DNA of 64,000 bases from Craspedostauros australis (taxonomy: Eukaryota), in the NCBI GenBank assembly GCA_030167865.1, contig JALAGF010001278.1, forward strand, positions 1 to 64,000. Direction: 5' to 3'. Every line of letters starts with the position of its first letter. The first letter of the stretch is position 1. The position numbers and the translations under genes are program-made. Below the pieces are notes generated by a model. It was not told where the DNA came from. It was given only the letters and a program-made list of their open reading frames with translations, and did not search any database. This document shows positions 57,539 to 64,000 of the stretch, in pieces.

Positions 57539-58058
57539 ACGTGAGTGTCATGCGCAGTATCGCACCAAGCTCCCCGTGGTGCCGCTGCATGTCTGTTAGA
57601 AGACTGTCACCATATACTCGTAGATTTCATAACATGTTAACCCCGCAGCATTCAGCTGAACTACCAACATCAAAACCTTCACCGATCATCTTACATGAAA
57701 TAGCATGTTGCCTATGTGAGGTATGGTGCAATGCGATCAACAAATACCATACGCACAGGAGGCAGCATCCGTCAGCAAGTCCCTTGTTGATCCTGTCTGC
57801 AAATCGTCACTCCCAATCGAGCAGTCCCAAAGAAAGGAGCAGAACAGAAGAGAGACATAGAGACAGACAGAAAGGAAGAGTCCAATCGTACGTGTATGAT
57901 GAAACAAAGACTAAAGTTTTATTGTATCGTGCCTAAATTGGTATTGTATGCAGGTACTGGAGAGAGAGAGAGAGAGAGTTCATGATTCACTGGATGCGTA
58001 TGGTACTCCATCGCGCTGTCTTGACGCGGAGCGAAATGAACGGCGATGAATGTCAAAT

Positions 58059-59765
58059 TCATGCCATTTCGGCAACCACCTCTTTGAGTTGCTCGGACAT
58101 GAGGGCGATGCAGGAGAGGAGACCACCATCAAATCCGGGTTGGACTTCCAGATGGAAACGTGCTGTTCCGACCGACGATGTTGACGGCATTGATCCAATC
58201 AATGTCGCACACGGTCTGTCCTTCCACATGATCTGCAATTGCTGCTCTTCTGGCTCTTTGTCGCTATCGACAGTCTCCGCCGATCGCTTGCGAAAGAATC
58301 GAGAAAATCGGTTTTCGGTGGCGTTCGTTTTCTTGGATGATGCCGAGGGTGGCGTCAATCGTTGCACGATGTAATCTTCGGTCCCGCCCACCGTCACATC
58401 CAATTTCGGGTTGGCGCATGCAGTGCATGCCGCCCAGGGTTGCAGCCACAGGGAGACACCATCGTGGATGATCTTCTTGCGATGCAACATGCGCTGTTGT
58501 TTGCTGGGAACGCGCTTGCTGTTGCCCTGGCGGATGGGACGCGATGCGCACAGCGTCGCCGTGATCTTGCTGCGCTTCTTTTTGGCGGCATCCCGCTTTT
58601 TGGACAAGGTTTGTTCGATGATGGATGCAGAAGAGGAGTTTGACGATGAATGGGAGGCGGATTGCTTGGTCTGAAAGAACATGAATCCTGCCAACTCGTT
58701 CTTCTTCTGTGGGTTGCGCACGACGATCTTCGTTGGGTGGTCGCCGTTCTGGAGGAATGCTTTCCTGCTGCTGCTGATGTTGGACTTGGCGCCATCCGTC
58801 GTGATCCATTGCAAGTCCATCGCAGGGACGTTCGTGGTGCTCGCGTCGCCATCGGTGGAGCTGGTTGCTGGACGAAACTCGCGACTTGAGCCAGGATCAT
58901 CGAAGGAAGAACCCTTGGCTTGTTCCCGCGGATGGCCCGAAGACGTATCCAACGACTTCGAGGGAGACTGGGGGCATCGCTTGGTACCCAAGACGGAGAT
59001 CTTGGCAGATCGTTGCAGCGCCGCCGCAGCGGTGCCCTTCTTGTGTGATGCCGACGTCGTGACAGCGACTTCAAGGACGGTGATCCTCCGACTGGACGTG
59101 GGCACGGAGCAAACAAATGGCTGTGCCGGCAAGGTGGGCAACGGCCACTGGGCCTTCTTGATCATCGCGTGCAGCTCCTGACGCTTCGGTGACGAGTTGC
59201 GCTTGATGGGACGTTGATTGCGCTCGCCGACGCGCTGCTGTTCCAGCCGAGTGGAGATCGCCAGCAGCTCCTTGCGGAAGCTGGGCGACAGCGGCCGCTT
59301 CTTCACCGAGAACTCGGCCAGCATGTGAGGATCGATGGCGTGGCTTGGGATCGGTTCCGCGTCAATTCCGACGCTGGATGCGCCAGAGTTGGCGTTGGAG
59401 GCGGGGGAAGGTGACGATGGCGGAGACACAGTTGGACTGCGTGACTCCATCTCAGACGTTGGCAGCATCGTTTCTGTTTGAGTTTGGGCTTCTGTTAGTG
59501 TTGATGTTGATGTTGGTGTTGGTGTTGGTAATGATGGTTGCGTCTTTGTCTGCGTTTGAGATGACGATGATGCTAGTGCTTGGCTGCTTGCTTTGAATTC
59601 CTCACTGTCGTTGAGGCTAATAATGCAATCGTAATCGTCGGTTGTTGCCGCAGGTGTTGCTGTTGCTGCTGCTACTTTTGATGTGGGGGACAGTGGAAGA
59701 TTGGATTGCACGTTGATGGGTTCTGTTTCTGGAACTGTTGCCATCCTCAATGTCGAACGATTCAT
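58059..59765 (-). CDS. Protein with low-complexity N-terminus and a possible Tubby-C/LURP-one-like C-terminal domain
   Basis: Long ORF with an S/T/P-rich N-half. The C-terminal CATL..FHLEVQPGFDGGLLSCIALMSEQL resembles the final strand and buried helix of that fold (inference). First ATG at 59765. Confidence 0.65.
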   Translation of the reverse strand: MNRSTLRMATVPETEPINVQSNLPLSPTSKVAAATATPAATTDDYDCIISLNDSEEFKASSQALASSSSQTQTKTQPSLPTPTPTSTSTLTEAQTQTETMLPTSEMESRSPTVSPPSSPSPASNANSGASSVGIDAEPIPSHAIDPHMLAEFSVKKRPLSPSFRKELLAISTRLEQQRVGERNQRPIKRNSSPKRQELHAMIKKAQWPLPTLPAQPFVCSVPTSSRRITVLEVAVTTSASHKKGTAAAALQRSAKISVLGTKRCPQSPSKSLDTSSGHPREQAKGSSFDDPGSSREFRPATSSTDGDASTTNVPAMDLQWITTDGAKSNISSSRKAFLQNGDHPTKIVVRNPQKKNELAGFMFFQTKQSASHSSSNSSSASIIEQTLSKKRDAAKKKRSKITATLCASRPIRQGNSKRVPSKQQRMLHRKKIIHDGVSLWLQPWAACTACANPKLDVTVGGTEDYIVQRLTPPSASSKKTNATENRFSRFFRKRSAETVDSDKEPEEQQLQIMWKDRPCATLIGSMPSTSSVGTARFHLEVQPGFDGGLLSCIALMSEQLKEVVAEMA

Positions 59766-62277
59766 TTTATGACAGCTTGCTTTGTGTTCAAGAGAGAGAT
59801 TCAAGTTGGCGATGGTCGCGAGTGCCTATTCTGTCTTTGTTGTTGTTGCTGATCGCTGGTGAACTGTGATGTGCTGTGATGTGGTGCGTTGTGATGGGCG
59901 CCTTGTGATGTTTTGCGCTCTGCTTCTCTGCGGAAGACCTGGCAATGTGTGGAAGTCCTGGTTCTGTTTGCTTGGCAGACAGGAGGTGATGGATTGATCA
60001 AGTCGTGACGGTGTCTCTGCCGAGGAATGGAAACGGCGTCAGTGTCCTCTTTGTCCTCTTGGAAGGCGGTAGTTTGCAACCAAGGCAGCGCCAAGCGGTC
60101 ATGTGGCTTGGCTTCCGCCGACTTTTCGCGTGGTTGTTCACGAGCCAGGGTCTCCACACACTTTCGTGTTGTTTGGCTGGTGGTGTGCTGCTCGTTGATC
60201 GTGTTCGAGGATTGGCGAAGGTCTCACATTGGAGATCAAAAAGAGATGTTGAACCAGTCACAGAAAGGAAGAAATAAAGTCGTTTCCTCGTGGATCGTCG
60301 ACTAATTATTCTCGCATAGTCACTCGCGTGTCCAAGGATCTCTCGGACAACGAACACACCGATTCGCATTGATGTCATGAGCAAACCATCGTCACAACCT
60401 TTCGACGTCCATTGAAGAGGAAGTCACAAAAAAGGATAACGAAGGGTCATTCACCGATTCGCCACTACTATTGGTCATGCGTAGAGTAGATGTCGACGTG
60501 GCGTCGTCTGGAGCGAATGGTCGGACATGTGGGATCACTGCACACCATAGTCGTAGCTCGAAGGATGGCATAGCAATCACATGTGCGTGATGGTAATACC
60601 CAGAATTAGATAGCTTTGCGACGAAGCGACGGAGCATGCTGTGTCCTGGTCTTCGCAGCAGCAGAGGGCGATAATTGCGTTGCTGGAACTGCATACGAGG
60701 TGCGAATATCTACGACCAATGTATCTATCTATCAGTATCGCGATGGCCAACTATTGCGCTCGGGAGTTGCTTCACGTGTTATGGTATTATAGAACCGGAT
60801 CATTCATCAATGACCGTTCTCGAATGTAATGTTCTGAAGTACCAAAAACAACGAACTATTTGGGCACTGCAACATCAACATGAACGACAACATGGATAGT
60901 AACTCGTGCTGCAGGGAGGCAGAGACGATGACTCCAGCGAGAGAGAGACAGAAAGAGAGCATGCGCTATCATTTGGAACGGGACATGACATCCGAATGCT
61001 GATCCTTCCCATCCCACCCAACATCGATCCAACTGTGCCAAATGCCACAATTCCAAAGGAACAAAATGGAATGGAGCGGGACGTCGGAAGAACGGAACAG
61101 AGGAAAGCACGCAACATTCATGCTTGTCGAGCGCACTCTGCCGTACTATCATTGTTCTTTACAAGCACAATCGCCGTATAGTCGGCAATATTGGTGTGCC
61201 TAGCAATCCAAAACCACCCCAACTCGCCAGCTCGATGGTCTCTTTCGATACAACTGTTCTGGCAGAGCCTGCAATTCGTTGAAGTGATGGATTGGACTCC
61301 CGCACAGCAATCAGGGTGAGAACCACACACAAACGAAAGCAGACATCGGAGCCCGCAAGCAACCTCAACGACACCATCCACAACATCAACATGACCAGTG
61401 CCAACGGCATCAACAAAGCTCAGCACCTGTGACCGATTCCCGCTTCTGTTCATTCACGAATATCGCAATGGCCTAGCATCACAACAGCCTTCCTTCCCAA
61501 AGGGTTCGGATTCTTTGACACCTTTTGGAATCAGAAGGAGGGATCTTGGAGCCCCTCGATGTATTCGACTGCTCGCGCGAGTCCAAGAGCATTGTGCGCT
61601 TATCACAATCTTGGCCAGGCAGTGTTTTGCAAACCGGAAGAGTGTCTTTGCCTGTCACCCGCGATTCTTGGAGATGAAATCGCAACCGCGCATCACGCCC
61701 GCTGACATCAATCGCGTCCAACCAATGGGCCACCAGACGGCTTCTCTACTCAGTCGGCCCATCTGCCTTCCACTTTCAGACGGCATAGTCGTCTGGGAGA
61801 ACACAGCTTAATCACTTCACCCTCGCACACGCCGTCGAGTGATCATGAAAATGTTGCGCTCCTGCACTGGCAGCTGTTTGGTGATGTGGTGGCGTCATGC
61901 AGTCTTTGCTGTTGTTTATCTTTGTTCTTGCTTCCTTCCGACATGCACAGAGGTGACACTTCCTCATTGCGTAAACCGAGATGCTTCGCAACTCTCGAAA
62001 GCAGCCGCGTCGCACGTGAAGGCCGTGCGTCACCATGTGCGGCATGGCTTCATGGCCGGGCAGAAGAACAAGGGCGGTTCGAGGATACTCTCCCGATCAT
62101 CACACATCTGATCGCTGTGCAGCTTCATGATGTTCGTCATCCACAAGCAGGATGAATACTCACCACAAACAGCGCAGTACCGCCAACGATGGCCCCATTG
62201 GTCACACGACGATATCTTCTCCATAAAAAGTTTACATTGTGCCGCCGATCCTTGCACCTGTAGGCCCTCAACGCATC

Positions 62278-64000
62278 ATGTCTCTCCGATATCTTGCATC
62301 AACTTCCAACGGTGATCACCATGCCAACGGCACCATGGCCAAGCCAATGACTGGCACGGAGGATCGGTTCAGCAGCACAACTGACACCGTCACCGTCACC
62401 AGCAGCGCCAACAGCAGCGACTCCAAGCCGAGCCTGTCTTCCTCCAGTCAACGTGACCAGCGGGAGATGTCTTCGTTCGGATCGGAGCCGCAAGGGACCA
62501 GGACCTCCCAAGTCACCGCAAGCGTGACACTCGAATCTGACCGTCCATTCATCACCACCAGGACCGACCACGTGAAAGCCATGTCCAAGATGGCAGAGCT
62601 GTCGCAGGACAAGCTCAACTTCTCTCGCTTGGGCTTGATCGGCAGGGACTGCGAGCAACGGGTGCTGCATCGTGCGTTTGGCCAAGTCATCAAGGCATTC
62701 CAACAATCAAGACACGCAGCTTCAGCCCGAGCGACTCTATCCAAGCCATGGGCCTCCGCATCTGACATGGGGCCCACTCCTGTGAGACACTCCGATGATC
62801 AATCTCTCGACGCACACGATGGAGACAACAACCCATTGACAACATCCGAAATCAAGCCAGATGGCAAGGGCATCCGATCGTTCGTATCCATCTCCGGACT
62901 TTCGGGAACCGGCAAGTCCGCCCTGGCCGCCAGCCTGTGCTCCAAATGCATCGCTCATCGTGCATTCTACGTCGTGGGGAAGTTCGATCTGAAGCAGATG
63001 GAGGAACCATTCTCCGGCTTCAAGACGGCCATGGTCAATCTCTGCTACCAGATCCAAAAACTGCCAAGGCGAAAGAACCAGCAGCCCAATGGACGCCCCA
63101 ATACCACAGAGAGCAAGAGGTCATCGTTCGCCGATCAGGATCCGCGATGCTTCGAGGATCTTCGTGACCAGATCATCGACTGTCTCGATCACCAGGAGCT
63201 CCAGATCCTCTCCAAGCTCATTCCCAACATCGTGGACGTCGTTGGAAGCGATGCTCTGTTCGCCAATGGAGCTGAGGACGAAGATGGCGATGCCAGCGAA
63301 AATGGCAATGCCGATGCCGATGGCGACAGTGATGGCGATCATCATGCCACCCCCAAGCTCCAACACAAGCACAAGCTCCAACACAAGCACAAGCACCAAG
63401 ACAAGCGACAGAAGCAACAGGATCAGACTGGTGGCTTCCGAGAGCAAGCCGATCGATTGAAGTTCGCATTCCGAAACTTCATCCGAGCGGTGTGCAGCTA
63501 CTGCCCGTTGGTATGGGTGTCGGATGATGTACAGTGGGCTGACAAGGCATCGCTTGACATGATGGAATCATGGATGCTGGACACCGACATCGCATCGCTC
63601 ATGGTGGTGGCCTGCTACCGTTCCAACCTCGTGGAGCAAACCGAGACCAACCTGTGCCAGCTCATGCTAAAGTCCATCGAGCGTGCCAAGCGCGAGCGAG
63701 GAATCCGAGTCGTCGGCATCGAAGTTGGCAACCTCCTCGTGGACTACGTCCATGCCATGCTTGTGGAGCTGCTGGGAGGCTGCGACACCCGACTGGACGA
63801 GAGCCAAGAGCTGGCAGAGATTGTGCACAGGAAGACGGACGGCAACGTCTTCTTCGTGCAGCAGTTCTTGCGACTCCTGGTGGATCAAGACTTGCTGAGC
63901 TACAACTTCGGCATCGGGCAGTGGAGATGGGATTGCATCGAGATCCAGAAGAGCACGCCAGCCACCATGAACGTGGTTGAGCTCATGAAGCTGAAGCTCC
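62278..64000 (+). CDS. STAND-class AAA_16 NTPase (LAL/MalT-like), truncated by the window end
   Basis: Open frame from ATG 62278 (or 62335) to the edge. KLNFSRLGLIGRDCE, Walker A SGLSGTGKS (about 62893-62919), GKFD..EPF, Walker B VWVSDDVQWADKASL, ACYR and KTDGNVFFVQQFL. Missing from the ORF track because there is no stop in the window. Confidence 0.9.
   Translation, partial: MSLRYLASTSNGDHHANGTMAKPMTGTEDRFSSTTDTVTVTSSANSSDSKPSLSSSSQRDQREMSSFGSEPQGTRTSQVTASVTLESDRPFITTRTDHVKAMSKMAELSQDKLNFSRLGLIGRDCEQRVLHRAFGQVIKAFQQSRHAASARATLSKPWASASDMGPTPVRHSDDQSLDAHDGDNNPLTTSEIKPDGKGIRSFVSISGLSGTGKSALAASLCSKCIAHRAFYVVGKFDLKQMEEPFSGFKTAMVNLCYQIQKLPRRKNQQPNGRPNTTESKRSSFADQDPRCFEDLRDQIIDCLDHQELQILSKLIPNIVDVVGSDALFANGAEDEDGDASENGNADADGDSDGDHHATPKLQHKHKLQHKHKHQDKRQKQQDQTGGFREQADRLKFAFRNFIRAVCSYCPLVWVSDDVQWADKASLDMMESWMLDTDIASLMVVACYRSNLVEQTETNLCQLMLKSIERAKRERGIRVVGIEVGNLLVDYVHAMLVELLGGCDTRLDESQELAEIVHRKTDGNVFFVQQFLRLLVDQDLLSYNFGIGQWRWDCIEIQKSTPATMNVVELMKLKL

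Noticed and set aside
61690..61810. Minus-strand KWKADG..RSRLVA resembling a copia RT motif
   Set aside because: Interrupted by stops with no downstream RT motifs; most likely chance.

Overview
Eukaryotic nuclear DNA with GT-AG introns of about 140-280 bp, CA-rich 5' leaders and bipartite plastid-targeting peptides. Gene content and style suggest a raphid pennate diatom (inference; species not determinable here). About 21 protein-coding genes and one pseudogene are supportable. They include a Pro/Thr/Ser mucin-like protein with a duplicated Cys-rich module, a nitronate monooxygenase, a plastid triple NTF2-like protein, an atypical cytochrome P450, LRR, LysM and helicase-associated (HA) domain proteins, an RsmD-like methyltransferase, a Spondin_N protein, a Nudix protein, an ShKT prolyl 4-hydroxylase, a beta-sandwich-repeat membrane protein, a GPI-type Endonuclease I homolog, an RNF5/RMA-like RING E3, a Lys-rich lectin-like secreted protein and a STAND/AAA_16 NTPase that runs off the right edge and is absent from the ORF track. 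I rebuilt several spliced gene models by hand. The main leads are: substituted metal ligands in the Endonuclease I homolog, a P450 lacking the I-helix acid/Thr pair, a group of R-x-L-type secreted cell-surface proteins near a prolyl hydroxylase, and a TACTCGTA/TACGAGTA octamer recurring in non-coding DNA, often just 3' of stop codons. I could not support any rRNA, tRNA, CRISPR array or intact transposon. All domain calls come from motif recognition, not database searches.
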